Shown here: in pieces, positions 1 to 9,535 of the stretch | Numbering within the stretch: the first letter of the stretch is position 1 | Layout of the letters: each line of letters opens with the position of its first letter | Source: an uncultured Chlorobiaceae bacterium | Lineage (GTDB): Bacteria; Bacteroidota; Ignavibacteria; UBA10030; SZUA-254 | Length of the DNA stretch: 64,000 nt | NCBI GenBank assembly: GCA_964410105.1 | Contig: CAYPFY010000005.1 | Coordinates: 35,427-99,426, forward strand | Reading direction: 5' to 3' | Translations under genes and position numbers: made by a program | Notes under the pieces: generated by a model | Seen by the model: only the letters and a program-made list of their open reading frames with translations | What the model was told of the DNA's origin: nothing | The model's database searches: none

Positions 1-150
1 GTTCCAGAATTTTCCTGAATTAAAAAAAGTCACCCCGCGGTGAAACTCGTCCCAGTCCTCTTCCGACATCGGAATTTCGCGGAGAGGATCGCGCTGAATC
101 TCGGACGGTTTCTTTTTTTGTGGCCGGGGATTCTTCATTCTGGGTAACAT
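1..150 (-). CDS. DUF309-family protein, N-terminal part (runs off window edge)
   Basis: Not in the ORF track. Manual translation from ATG at 150 gives MLPRMKNPRPQKKKPSEIQRDPLREIPMSEEDWDEFHRGVTFFNSGKFWN..., resembling the DUF309 N-terminal motif (G..LFN.G.F..AHE). Confidence 0.65.
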   Translation of the reverse strand, partial: MLPRMKNPRPQKKKPSEIQRDPLREIPMSEEDWDEFHRGVTFFNSGKFWN

Positions 151-170
151 ACATAAAAGAACATTCTTAT

Positions 171-1286
171 TCAACGATCTCGCGGGGAAATCCGCACCGG
201 GTGAGGGATTTTCCAGAAGCCCGGGATGGGCGTTGAACACGTCGCGCATCGTCCGTCGACGAGCGTGTTGCGGAGCACCACATAGCCGCGACGCTCGATG
301 ACCACATGATGGCAGCTCGGGCACACAGTGTTCTCGTACGTGCCAACTTTCCCGGGGAGGTTCCCGGCGTAGACATAGTGAAGCCCGGATTCGTAACCTT
401 TCTCGGCCGCCCTCATCAGGGTGCGCACCGGGGTGTTATCCGTTTCGAGCATCTTGTAATCGGAGTGAAACGCCGTCACGTGCCAGGGGATATCGGGTGA
501 CACCGACGCGATGAACCTGGCGATGGCGGTGAGTTCTTCCTCGGAATCGTTATATCCGGGCACTATCAACGTCACGATTTCGAGCCAGATCTTCCGTTCA
601 TGCAGGGAGCGGATGGTGTCGAGGACCGTTTGCAGCAGCCCGCCCAGCTTCCGGTAGCGCTTATCGTCAAAACCCTTCAGATCGACCTTATAGAGGTCGA
701 CCCACGGCTGGATGAAATCGAGAACCTCGGGAGTGGCATTTCCGTTGGAGACATAGGATGTCACGAGCCCGTAACGGCGTGCGACCTTGAATATTTCAAC
801 CCCCCACTCGCTCGTGATCAGGGGCTCATTATAGGTGCTGGTGACGATCGAGGCGTGATGATCGAACGCCAGGCCGACAAAATCCTCCGGCGTGAGGTGT
901 TCGGGGGCGGACAGCGCGTTCGGATCGCGCAGCGCCTGGGAGGTCACCCAGTTCTGGCAGTAGGAACAATGATAGTCGCACCCGAGCATTCCGAAACTCA
1001 TAGCACGGCTCCCCGGAAGCGCGTGGAAGAACGGCTTCTTCTCGACCGGGTCAATCTGCAGGCCGCCGACATACCCCCAGGGAACGTAGAGGACCCCCCC
1101 TTTATTGTATCTTACACGGCATATCCCGTCCTTCCCCTCCCCGATGAGACACCGGTGTCCGCACGCGAAACATTCGAGCCTGCCGTTCCCCGCGTCGCGG
1201 TAGAGAGATCCCTTCTTGGTATTCCGCGATAAAAGGTCTTTAAGAGAAATGTCTTCAGTTTCGGGCATCGCGTCCCTCTGTTTCAA
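171..1286 (-). CDS. amrS: AmmeMemoRadiSam system radical SAM enzyme (PFL-activase-like)
   Basis: N-terminal CxxCxHxC, CDYHCSYC radical-SAM motif, IDPVEKKPFFH, YAGN, C-terminal CPxC. Alternative ATG start at 1268. Confidence 0.85.
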   Translation of the reverse strand: MKQRDAMPETEDISLKDLLSRNTKKGSLYRDAGNGRLECFACGHRCLIGEGKDGICRVRYNKGGVLYVPWGYVGGLQIDPVEKKPFFHALPGSRAMSFGMLGCDYHCSYCQNWVTSQALRDPNALSAPEHLTPEDFVGLAFDHHASIVTSTYNEPLITSEWGVEIFKVARRYGLVTSYVSNGNATPEVLDFIQPWVDLYKVDLKGFDDKRYRKLGGLLQTVLDTIRSLHERKIWLEIVTLIVPGYNDSEEELTAIARFIASVSPDIPWHVTAFHSDYKMLETDNTPVRTLMRAAEKGYESGLHYVYAGNLPGKVGTYENTVCPSCHHVVIERRGYVVLRNTLVDGRCATCSTPIPGFWKIPHPVRISPRDR

Positions 1287-1371
1287 TATAAATCAATTCC
1301 GGTTGCTGTCAAGTGTGAGAGTTCAGCGGGGACGAGCATCATCGGTCCGCTCTGGCGTCGGGACGAGCCGA

Positions 1372-2286
1372 TCACCGCGGGGCGTTTCCCGGGGAGGGAA
1401 GGGTCCTCTCACGGCGATGTCCTGCGAGAGAGCGCAGAACCCTGAGATTCATCCGATCCTCCTTAAGATCCTCCCCTTTGGGGGTTTCCAATATCTTGGG
1501 AATTCCTCGAAGACGCTCATCTTGCATGAGGAATCGGAACCCGTTCTTTCCGATGGCCCCTTTCCCGATATGTTCATGACGGTCGACCCGAGAGCCAAGC
1601 CCCTTCTTTGAATCATTCGCATGGATGGCCACCAGCTTATCGAACCCGATCACGTCGTGAAACCTCATCATGGTCAACTCATATCCTTTCTCGTTACTTA
1701 TATCGTAGCCCGCGGCGAAGACATGGCATGTGTCGATGCAGACGGCCATGCGGGCGTGCTGGTCGACTCCGTCGATAATTCTTCGCAGCTGCTCGAACGT
1801 ATATCCAAGCGTGGATCCCTGGCCCGCGGTTGTTTCTAGCACGGAAAGGGTCCGTGACCCCTTTGTCATCTCATGCGCCCAGTTGATCGATTCGATGATC
1901 AGTCTGATCCCTTGGTCCTCGCCTGCGCCTGTATGCGCTCCCGGGTGAAAATTGAGATAGGGGATGCCCAGCGCATCGCAGCGCTGGATTTCGTCGACGA
2001 ACGCCTCGCGCGATTTTTTGAGAATCGCCCGGTCCTGAGCGCAGAGATTTATCAGGTACGAATCGTGAGCGACGACGGGAAATATGTTTGATTTCGAGGC
2101 AGCCGTTTTGTAGTTTGCAACATCTTCGGCGGTCAGGGGTTTCGATCTCCACTGATTCGAGTTTTTGGTAAACACCTGGAGGGCACGGCACCCGACGCTT
2201 TCCGCCCTCTCGAACGCCCGGAAAATCCCGCCGGCGACGGACTCATGGGCCCCGATCAGCGGGCCGGAATTGCTGGAATTCTTCAT
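1372..2286 (-). CDS. nfo: Endonuclease IV (deoxyribonuclease IV)
   Basis: IGAHES, VAHDSYLINL, NFHPG, LETTAGQG, CIDTCH, HANDSK, DRHEHIG, ILETP motifs. Start trimmed to ATG 2286 (MKNSSNSGPLIGAH) to avoid overlap with anmK. Confidence 0.93.
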   Translation of the reverse strand: MKNSSNSGPLIGAHESVAGGIFRAFERAESVGCRALQVFTKNSNQWRSKPLTAEDVANYKTAASKSNIFPVVAHDSYLINLCAQDRAILKKSREAFVDEIQRCDALGIPYLNFHPGAHTGAGEDQGIRLIIESINWAHEMTKGSRTLSVLETTAGQGSTLGYTFEQLRRIIDGVDQHARMAVCIDTCHVFAAGYDISNEKGYELTMMRFHDVIGFDKLVAIHANDSKKGLGSRVDRHEHIGKGAIGKNGFRFLMQDERLRGIPKILETPKGEDLKEDRMNLRVLRSLAGHRRERTLPSPGNAPR

Positions 2287-2299
2287 ATCAGAATATACT
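2270..2299 (+). promoter_or_regulatory. Putative sigma70 promoter for anmK (TTGCTG-N18-TATACT); its -10 overlaps an opposite-strand TATATT (2292-2297) for nfo
   Basis: Hexamers read directly in the 24-bp divergent gap between the nfo and anmK start codons. Confidence 0.5.
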
Positions 2300-2310
2300 A
2301 ATCCATCCCG

Positions 2311-3492
2311 ATGCGTGCCCTCGCAACGCTTCCCAAAAAAAGAAAGCTCGTCATCGGGCTCATGTCGGGCACGTCGGTGGACGCGATCGATGCGGCTCTG
2401 GTCGAGATCAGCGGCCGGGGCATCCACTCAAAGCTGCGGCTCGTTGAGTATCATGAATATCCCTATCCGCGGGGATACAGGCAATTCGTGCTGAAAAACT
2501 CCGATCCGCTGACGGCCAGGCTCGACGACATCGCCCGGCTGAATATCCTTGCCGCGCGCCTATTCTCGGACGCGGCGGCAAAATTGTCGCGAAAGGCGAA
2601 GAGACGTCTCTCGGAGGTCGACCTGATCGGGTCGCACGGGCAGACGATTCAGCACCTCCCGGAGTCACGGAGACTTTTCGGAAATAGAATCCGGGCGACT
2701 TTGCAGGTAGGGCATCCCGCGGCGATCGCGAAAATGACCGGCGTTATCACCGTGGGAGATTTTCGCATCGGCGATGTTGCGCTCGGCGGCACCGGTGCGC
2801 CCCTTGTCCCGATATGTGATTATCTCATGATGAGATCCGGGACAAAAAACCGGATCGCTCTGAATATCGGCGGGATTTCAAACATGACATCTCTTCCGTG
2901 CGCGTGCCGGCTGAAAGACGTGCGGGCCTTCGACACGGGTCCGGGCAACATGGTCATCGATGCGCTTGCCCGACGATTCTTCGGAAGGGATTACGATAAA
3001 GGAGGAACCATCGCCGCCTCGGGAAGGATCAACAGCAGACTGTTGCGCTGGATGATGGCACATCCCTATCTTCGGAAAAAGCCTCCGAAATCCACCGGAC
3101 GGGAGATATTCGGCGAAGCGTTCGTCAGAGAAATACTGCGACGGACTGGACGGGGGGCGCGGCATGAGGATATCATTGCAACCGTGACCGATTACACGGC
3201 CCTCGCTATCTTCGACCAGTATCTGCGCTTCATCAGGCCGGCCGCGCCGGTTGACGAAGTGCTGGTCAGCGGCGGGGGGGCTCACAATATGAGCATCATG
3301 CGCACTTTACAAAGTTGTTTCAGCCCCGCGCGCGTACGCACCACGGACGACCTTCGTATCCCCGGGAACGCGAAAGAGGCAATCTGCTTCGCCCTTCTGG
3401 CGACCGAGGCGTTGGCCGGAAATTCGACCAACATCCCTGCGGTCACCGGAGCGAGGAGGGAGACCGTGCTCGGGACCATCTGCCTTCCCTGA
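2311..3492 (+). CDS. anmK: Anhydro-N-acetylmuramic acid kinase
   Basis: IGLMSGTSVDAID, IGSHGQT, DFR..D...GG.GAPLVP, LNIGGISN, FDTGPGN, SGGGAHN, KEA..FA motifs. Confidence 0.95.
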   Translation: MRALATLPKKRKLVIGLMSGTSVDAIDAALVEISGRGIHSKLRLVEYHEYPYPRGYRQFVLKNSDPLTARLDDIARLNILAARLFSDAAAKLSRKAKRRLSEVDLIGSHGQTIQHLPESRRLFGNRIRATLQVGHPAAIAKMTGVITVGDFRIGDVALGGTGAPLVPICDYLMMRSGTKNRIALNIGGISNMTSLPCACRLKDVRAFDTGPGNMVIDALARRFFGRDYDKGGTIAASGRINSRLLRWMMAHPYLRKKPPKSTGREIFGEAFVREILRRTGRGARHEDIIATVTDYTALAIFDQYLRFIRPAAPVDEVLVSGGGAHNMSIMRTLQSCFSPARVRTTDDLRIPGNAKEAICFALLATEALAGNSTNIPAVTGARRETVLGTICLP

Positions 3493-3495
3493 AAG

Positions 3496-4647
3496 TCAAA
3501 AATCCCTCGTGTAGAAGAAGTAGAGAAACAGGGCAGAACCGGCAAGTTGAATGAGCCGGTAGAGGCGGAACTGTTTCTCCCTCAGGAAACTCCATGCGAA
3601 GGCGGCGAGAAGCATTGTCAGCGCGAAAGCCAGAAAGATCGCCGACGTTTGTAAGATCGAGAGATTTTGGCCCAGGGCCGTCTGGAGATTCGCCGCGGGA
3701 TTGACGGCCGAGCCGTAGAGGACGACCAGGTGGAGGACGTACACAAACAGAGATTCTTTTCCCAGCACTGTAACGGCGGGCATTTTGATCCACCGGGCGA
3801 AGCGCCAGATCCCTGAGATGATCACCAGCAGGGAGCCGACGCGAACCATGAAATAGTTCGGGCTCGTAAACCAGTAGTCGTAGTGCGGGTAGATATTTAT
3901 CGGAATCAGGTCGAAAGCCACCCCCGAGGCGATCAGGGCCAACCCGATGATGGTGAGCCGTCTCATGAAAGCGGCCTGGCGGTTTGCCGCGACCGCCACC
4001 ATGAACTCCCAGGAGACGATAACGCCTGCGAAGAGAAATCCTACATAGGGAAAAAGCGGGAACGGGGAAGCGTGGGCTCCGCTCATGAGCTGGGAAAGCG
4101 CCGGCGGAAAACTGCTAAAATCTGCATCCCAGACCAGCGGAGTCAGGAAACAGACAGACACAATCGCCGAGAGGACAAGCCCATAAAAGCGGGATTCGGT
4201 CTTGAACAAAAAGACGAGGCCGTGGAGTGCGAGCAGGCCGAGCCCGATGCAATGAAGCACATCGCATTGGAAGAGTTGAAGATAATCGGCCGTGGTACCA
4301 TCGGCCACGATCTTTCGAAAGGAAAAATAGGGAAGGTGGATAGCGAGGCCCAGAAGAAGAACGAGGATGAGCCGCTTCACGCGCCGGGCGAGCGGGGGAC
4401 CCCAATGATGGTATTCTTCCCACCGTCTCCTCGTAGAAATCACAAAGGTGAGCCCCGCCCCGAACAGGAACGCAGGGGCGCTCAGGCCGTGAAAAAACTC
4501 ATGAAACTGGAACAGCGGGGATTGTTGAGCGGTTTTCGGCAGAAACGTCCGGAACGTATGCCCTTCGAGCATAAGAAGAATGACGGCGCTCCGGTAGAGA
4601 TCGATGAAGAGAAATCGTTCGGTCCTCGGTGAGGCCTGCTCCGTCAT
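3496..4647 (-). CDS. Polytopic membrane acyl/acetyltransferase (DUF1624 / HGSNAT-catalytic-domain-like)
   Basis: N-terminal IDLYRSAVILLMLEGH, about 9-10 hydrophobic helices, FPLFPY and LGKESLFVYVLH motifs. Start set at ATG 4647. Confidence 0.7.
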   Translation of the reverse strand: MTEQASPRTERFLFIDLYRSAVILLMLEGHTFRTFLPKTAQQSPLFQFHEFFHGLSAPAFLFGAGLTFVISTRRRWEEYHHWGPPLARRVKRLILVLLLGLAIHLPYFSFRKIVADGTTADYLQLFQCDVLHCIGLGLLALHGLVFLFKTESRFYGLVLSAIVSVCFLTPLVWDADFSSFPPALSQLMSGAHASPFPLFPYVGFLFAGVIVSWEFMVAVAANRQAAFMRRLTIIGLALIASGVAFDLIPINIYPHYDYWFTSPNYFMVRVGSLLVIISGIWRFARWIKMPAVTVLGKESLFVYVLHLVVLYGSAVNPAANLQTALGQNLSILQTSAIFLAFALTMLLAAFAWSFLREKQFRLYRLIQLAGSALFLYFFYTRDF

Positions 4648-4658
4648 GGAGGGAACGG

Positions 4659-5636
4659 TCAGGCTGCGAGCACACAATTGATGGCGACGGTGTTCACGAT
4701 ATCCTCGACACTGCAGCCGCGGGAAAGATCGAAGGCGGGCTTCCTCAGGCCCTGCACGATCGGGCCGATGGCCTCTGCGCCGCCGAGACGTTCGGCGAGT
4801 TTATAGCCGATGTTACCCGCGTTGAGGTCGGGAAAGATAAGCACGTTTGCGTTCCCCTCGACGGGGCTTCCGGGCGCCTTGGCCGCCGAGACGCGGGGGA
4901 CGATTGCGGCGTCGACTTGTAGCTCGCCATCGGCAAGAATTTTTGGGTATTTCCGGCTAAAAATATCCTTTGCGCGCTGCACCTTCTCGACCAGAGGATG
5001 GCTCGCGCTCCCTTTAGTGGAAAAAGAAAGGAAAGCCACGCGCGGTTCCTCGCCGCTCAGTTTCCTGTGATTCTCGGCCGTTGCGACCGCAATATCAGCG
5101 AGCTGATCGGAGGAGGGATCAGGAACAACGGCCGAATCTGCGAATGAAAAAATCCGGTGTGGAAAAACCATAAGGAAGAAGCTGGAGGCGATGCTGATGC
5201 CTTCCCGCAGTCCGATCACCTGGATCGCCGCTCGGAGCACGTCCGGCGTGGTGGAGAGCGAGCCGGCCACACTTCCGTCCGCCATCCCTTCGCGGACCAT
5301 CATCGCTCCGAAATACAATGGGTTCGACATCGTTCTGCGGGACTCCTCGATCGTCATCCCCTTGAGTCTTCGGAGATTGAAGAAAATGTGGGAAAAGTCC
5401 GACAGCTTTTCCGATGTGGCCGGATCGATGATCCTGATGCCTGCCAGGCTGGTCTCGGGGGACGCAGCGAGAATAGCCTTCTCGCTTCCGATCAGGAGAG
5501 GGTTGGCGATATGTTCGTCGGCGAGAATCCTTGCTGCCTTTTGCGCGCGGGGATCATGGGCATCGGGAAGGACTACTGTCTTCCTGAGTTTCTTCGCTTC
5601 TTCCTTGATGGATTGGAGGAGATTTGACGGGGTCAT
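4659..5636 (-). CDS. pta: Phosphate acetyltransferase (short PTA_PTB-only form)
   Basis: VVLPDAHDPR, AFLSFSTKGS, DGELQVDAA, FPDLNAGNIGYK, DLSRGCS motifs. Confidence 0.93.
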   Translation of the reverse strand: MTPSNLLQSIKEEAKKLRKTVVLPDAHDPRAQKAARILADEHIANPLLIGSEKAILAASPETSLAGIRIIDPATSEKLSDFSHIFFNLRRLKGMTIEESRRTMSNPLYFGAMMVREGMADGSVAGSLSTTPDVLRAAIQVIGLREGISIASSFFLMVFPHRIFSFADSAVVPDPSSDQLADIAVATAENHRKLSGEEPRVAFLSFSTKGSASHPLVEKVQRAKDIFSRKYPKILADGELQVDAAIVPRVSAAKAPGSPVEGNANVLIFPDLNAGNIGYKLAERLGGAEAIGPIVQGLRKPAFDLSRGCSVEDIVNTVAINCVLAA

Positions 5637-5708
5637 GGGGGAGTTATTCCGGACCGCGGAAATTTCGTTCTTTTCCTGAGGAAAAGCAAATACCCGAATT
5701 GAAACGGC

Positions 5709-7196
5709 TTACGAGACGGGAGCGGGTCTCATCTCCTCAAAAACCATCCGTCCCGCCCCGGCAACAATCTCGGGGAGTTCCGCTATCTCCCGTGACGTAG
5801 TCCTGAAATTGACGATGCAGGCGCGGAGCAAAAACTTCCCGTCGATCACGGCATTGGAAAGAAATACCCTCCCCTCCTTCTGGATCCGGGCCAGAGTTCT
5901 TTCGTTCAGTTCGTTCAGCAAGCCGTCATTATCGGGACCCGGGCGGATTTCGGAGGGAACATACCGAAACGTCGCGATGCTGAGTCCCCGGGTGAACGCC
6001 TGAAGCTCACTGTGCCGAGCCACCGCCCGGTAAAGCTCCTCTGCGAGGGCAATGTCATCGGAGATCATCCCGACAAGACCCTCGCGCCCTGCGCTGAGAA
6101 GGGACATCCAGACTTTCAGGGCGCGGAACCCCCGGGAATTCTGCGGGCCATACTCAAAATAATTCAGCGGAGGTTTCTCTCCATCGTCTTGCAGCCGGTA
6201 ATAGGGAGGGTGAAAGCTAAACGCGTCGGTCAAAAACTCTGGCCGGCGGACGAGGGCGCACCCGGCTTCGAGCGGGGCATAGAGCCATTTGTGGGGATCG
6301 ACGGCCACGGAATCGGCGAGCTCAAGAGAGCGCAGATCCTCGTCCGCATCAGGCAGGGAGGCTGCGAGGGCGCCGTAGGCGCCGTCGACATGCAGCCACA
6401 GCTTATTGTCTTTGCAGATTCTCGAAATCTCACGGATCGGATCTATGGCGCCGGTGCCTGTCGTCCCGGCTGTGCCGATCACCAGGAAGGGTTGGTCCCC
6501 AGCTTTACTGTCCTTGGAGATTTGTTCCTCAAGATCGCCGGCATCCATTCGAAGATTCTTGTCGGTGGCGATCCAGCGGATAGCCTGCGTGCCTAATCCA
6601 AACATATCGGCTGCCTTCTCAATCCAGGTATGAGTCTCCTTCGAGGTGTAAATCCGAAGAGGTTCCCGACGCAGACCCAGGGAGCGGATATCCCAGTCTG
6701 CAGAAGCCTTTCGGGCGGCCAGGAAGCAGACGAAGTTAGCCATGTTACCTCCGCTCACCAGCAAACCGCCGCACTCTGTGGGATAACCGATCAGTTCAGC
6801 AATCCAGCGGACGGTTTGGGCTTCAATCTCGGTCGCGATCGGGGCAAGGTGGAATAATGCGACGTTCGGATTCACCGCTGCCGTGAGAAATTCGCTCAGA
6901 GCGCCTATGGGAGCAGCGGAGGAGGTTATGTACCCGAAAAAGCCCGGATGACCGTTCAGGAGCGAATGCTCAAGCATCAGCTGGGCGGCGTCATCGAGCA
7001 AAGTTGATACATCCCGGCCTTTTTCCGGTAGCGATGAATTCCCCAAAATCTTCCGGATTTCCTCCGGACTCTCTCCCCGGGTGACGGGTCGGGTCCGAAT
7101 CGTGGAGAGAAAGCCTGCGATCTGGTCGGTGAGCCGGTGACCCAGCGTTTTAAATAGTTCGGGATCAATTTCCAGGGAGGAATAGCGTTTCACCAC
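5709..7196 (-). CDS. Group II PLP-dependent amino-acid decarboxylase (aromatic/glutamate decarboxylase family)
   Basis: SGGNMAN, GTAGTTGTGAIDP, HVDGAYG, VDPHKWL (PLP lysine), SRGFRALK motifs. Confidence 0.88.
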   Translation of the reverse strand: MVKRYSSLEIDPELFKTLGHRLTDQIAGFLSTIRTRPVTRGESPEEIRKILGNSSLPEKGRDVSTLLDDAAQLMLEHSLLNGHPGFFGYITSSAAPIGALSEFLTAAVNPNVALFHLAPIATEIEAQTVRWIAELIGYPTECGGLLVSGGNMANFVCFLAARKASADWDIRSLGLRREPLRIYTSKETHTWIEKAADMFGLGTQAIRWIATDKNLRMDAGDLEEQISKDSKAGDQPFLVIGTAGTTGTGAIDPIREISRICKDNKLWLHVDGAYGALAASLPDADEDLRSLELADSVAVDPHKWLYAPLEAGCALVRRPEFLTDAFSFHPPYYRLQDDGEKPPLNYFEYGPQNSRGFRALKVWMSLLSAGREGLVGMISDDIALAEELYRAVARHSELQAFTRGLSIATFRYVPSEIRPGPDNDGLLNELNERTLARIQKEGRVFLSNAVIDGKFLLRACIVNFRTTSREIAELPEIVAGAGRMVFEEMRPAPVS

Positions 7197-7352
7197 TCGT
7201 CACCTCAAGCTTTCGGGAATATAGACAAAAGGGTCTGCTTGCACAACAGGGCAAATCAGGAGCCTAGTCTGACTTCTTGTCAAAAGCAATTCTGGGAAAA
7301 ACTCTGAAATTCTGCCTATAATATTAAAATACTTTAACCGGTTTTCCCATTC

Positions 7353-7381
7353 TTGACTATATGTCAGTTTTTGGGTATCTT
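7353..7381 (+). promoter_or_regulatory. Putative sigma70 promoter of the miaB operon (TTGACT-N17-TATCTT)
   Basis: Hexamers at 7353-7358 and 7376-7381, 25 nt upstream of ATG 7407. Confidence 0.55.
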
Positions 7382-7406
7382 GATTGCGCTTAAACTGATT
7401 CCCCCG

Positions 7407-8750
7407 ATGCACAATCGTAAAGTCTACATCGAGACGTACGGCTGCCAGATGAACTTGGCCGACTCCGAGGTAATTTCCAGTCTCCTGTCGGGAGACGGGT
7501 ATGAAATGACCTCTGATCTGGAGGGTGCTGATCTCATCCTTGTCAACACGTGCAGCATCAGGGACAACGCCGAAAAACGAATTTACGGCCGTCTTGGAGA
7601 ATTCAAGAGACTGAAAAATGAAAGGCCCGGAATCATTGTTGGTGTAATGGGATGCATGGCAGAGCGGCTGAGGGGAAAGCTCTCAGCCGGGGGAGTGGGC
7701 CGGGTAGTGGACCTGATCGTAGGGCCTGACGAATACCGAAGGGTTCCGGAGCTCGTTGCGAGGGCATGGCATGGCGAGAAGGGGATTGCCGTGCAATTGT
7801 CGAGGGTGGAAACGTACGATGACATCATGCCTTTGCGCACCAGCGGGATCAGCGCGTGGATCTCGGTCATGCGCGGATGCGACAAGTTCTGCTCATTCTG
7901 CGTCGTGCCGTTCACGCGCGGGCGGGAGCGGAGCCGGACGCTTGACAGCATCCTGCGGGAGGTGGAAGTGCTCTCCGGCCGCGGGTTCAGGGAAATCACG
8001 CTTCTCGGCCAGAACGTCAATTCGTACCGGGATGGCGGATGCGATTTTGCCGATCTTCTGAAAAATGTCTCTGGAATCGACAGAAGAATCCGGGTGCGAT
8101 TCACGACATCCCATCCGCAGGACATGTCCGAAAAGCTGATCGAGACGATCGCCGGTAATTCGAATCTCTGCAAGTACATTCATCTGCCCGTCCAGTCGGG
8201 ATCCGACCGGATCCTCGGCCTCATGAATCGGACCTACACGCGGGGCCACTACATGAGTCTGGTAAAAAAAATCCGGGATGCGATGCCCTCGGTTTCCCTC
8301 TCGACCGACATCATTTCGGGATTTCCAAGTGAAACGCCGGACGACCATCGGCGTACATTGGACCTCATGGAAGAGATCCGCTACGACGGCGCGTTCATGT
8401 TCAAATATTCTCCGCGGGAGCGCACGCCCGCGTACGAGATGAAGGACGATATCCCCGACATTGCGAAATCGGCCCGCGTGGCTGAGATCATAAAACTCCA
8501 GAACGGGATCTCGTCCGAAAAAAACAGTGCTCATGTGGGTAAAACGGTCGAGGTGCTTGTCGAGGGGCCGAGCAAGAAATCGCAGGACGAATGGCAGGGG
8601 CGGACAGACGGGAATAAAATGGTCATCTTTCCGAAGGGGGATGCATCGGCTGGTACATATATCCGGATCACGATTTCACGATCCAATTCCGCGACCCTTT
8701 TCGGCTCGGCGAATGTCGGAGAAACGACGTCCGTGGTGGAGGCAGCGTGA
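7407..8750 (+). CDS. miaB: tRNA-2-methylthio-N6-dimethylallyladenosine synthase
   Basis: VYIETYGCQMN, NTCSIR, GCDKFCSFC, HLPVQSGS, C-terminal TRAM domain. Start trimmed to MHNRKVY. Confidence 0.96.
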   Translation: MHNRKVYIETYGCQMNLADSEVISSLLSGDGYEMTSDLEGADLILVNTCSIRDNAEKRIYGRLGEFKRLKNERPGIIVGVMGCMAERLRGKLSAGGVGRVVDLIVGPDEYRRVPELVARAWHGEKGIAVQLSRVETYDDIMPLRTSGISAWISVMRGCDKFCSFCVVPFTRGRERSRTLDSILREVEVLSGRGFREITLLGQNVNSYRDGGCDFADLLKNVSGIDRRIRVRFTTSHPQDMSEKLIETIAGNSNLCKYIHLPVQSGSDRILGLMNRTYTRGHYMSLVKKIRDAMPSVSLSTDIISGFPSETPDDHRRTLDLMEEIRYDGAFMFKYSPRERTPAYEMKDDIPDIAKSARVAEIIKLQNGISSEKNSAHVGKTVEVLVEGPSKKSQDEWQGRTDGNKMVIFPKGDASAGTYIRITISRSNSATLFGSANVGETTSVVEAA

Positions 8751-9535
8751 CGATGAATCGCTTCATCCGGATTGCCGGGATGACATTCCTCCTCGTGGGC
8801 ATCGCTCAGGCGCAGCCGGGCGCGGATGAAATGCGGGCCCTCGTCGGAAAAATCGATCATGGCCAGAGCGAAGAAGTCCGGAAAGAGCTGCCCGACCTTA
8901 TCGCAAAGTATCAGAACTCTGCCGGGGTCCTTTATCTCCAGGGGAGGGTGGCCACCGACGGCATTGAAGCCGTAAAATTCTATCAGGGAGTGTTGGACAA
9001 CTATCCGAAAAGCGAATGGGCTGATGATGCGCTGTTCCGGATCTATCAGTATTACCAGGCGCTCGGCCGATACCGAACAGCGGAGGAAAGGGCGCGCCAG
9101 CTGAGGAAGGATTATCCCAGTTCTCCATACATTGCGGAACTCGTCGTCCTCCCCAAGCAGGATTCGCCGGTTACGCTGGCGCCGGCCGACAGTCTGCCGG
9201 TCGATACGCTGCGGGTCCCGCCCGCTGAACCTCCCGTGAAACCGCGTCCGGCGTCGCCGGCTGCCGGAAACTCACCTCCCCCTGCACCGACTCAGTCGAC
9301 GGGAAAATATACTCTTCAGACCGGCGCTTTCTCATCCGTGGCGAACGCCGAGAAGCAGAAAGGCTTTTTCAAAGAATCCGGCTACGGAGTTGAAATCACG
9401 AACAAGATCCGCGGGGGACGGAGCCTGTATCTTGTCTGGGTGGGGAGTTTCCGTGACGCCCAGGAGGCCCGGGCGCTTGGCAAAGAGATTCGCGCAAAAT
9501 ACCGGATCGATCCGATCGTCGTTGAGAGGTATTGA
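8747..9535 (+). CDS. Periplasmic TPR + SPOR domain protein
   Basis: Signal peptide (AQA|Q), TPR-like YPKSEWADDALFR, Pro-rich linker, C-terminal SPOR (YTLQTGAFSS..NA, YLVWVGSF). Confidence 0.8.
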   Translation: MTMNRFIRIAGMTFLLVGIAQAQPGADEMRALVGKIDHGQSEEVRKELPDLIAKYQNSAGVLYLQGRVATDGIEAVKFYQGVLDNYPKSEWADDALFRIYQYYQALGRYRTAEERARQLRKDYPSSPYIAELVVLPKQDSPVTLAPADSLPVDTLRVPPAEPPVKPRPASPAAGNSPPPAPTQSTGKYTLQTGAFSSVANAEKQKGFFKESGYGVEITNKIRGGRSLYLVWVGSFRDAQEARALGKEIRAKYRIDPIVVERY

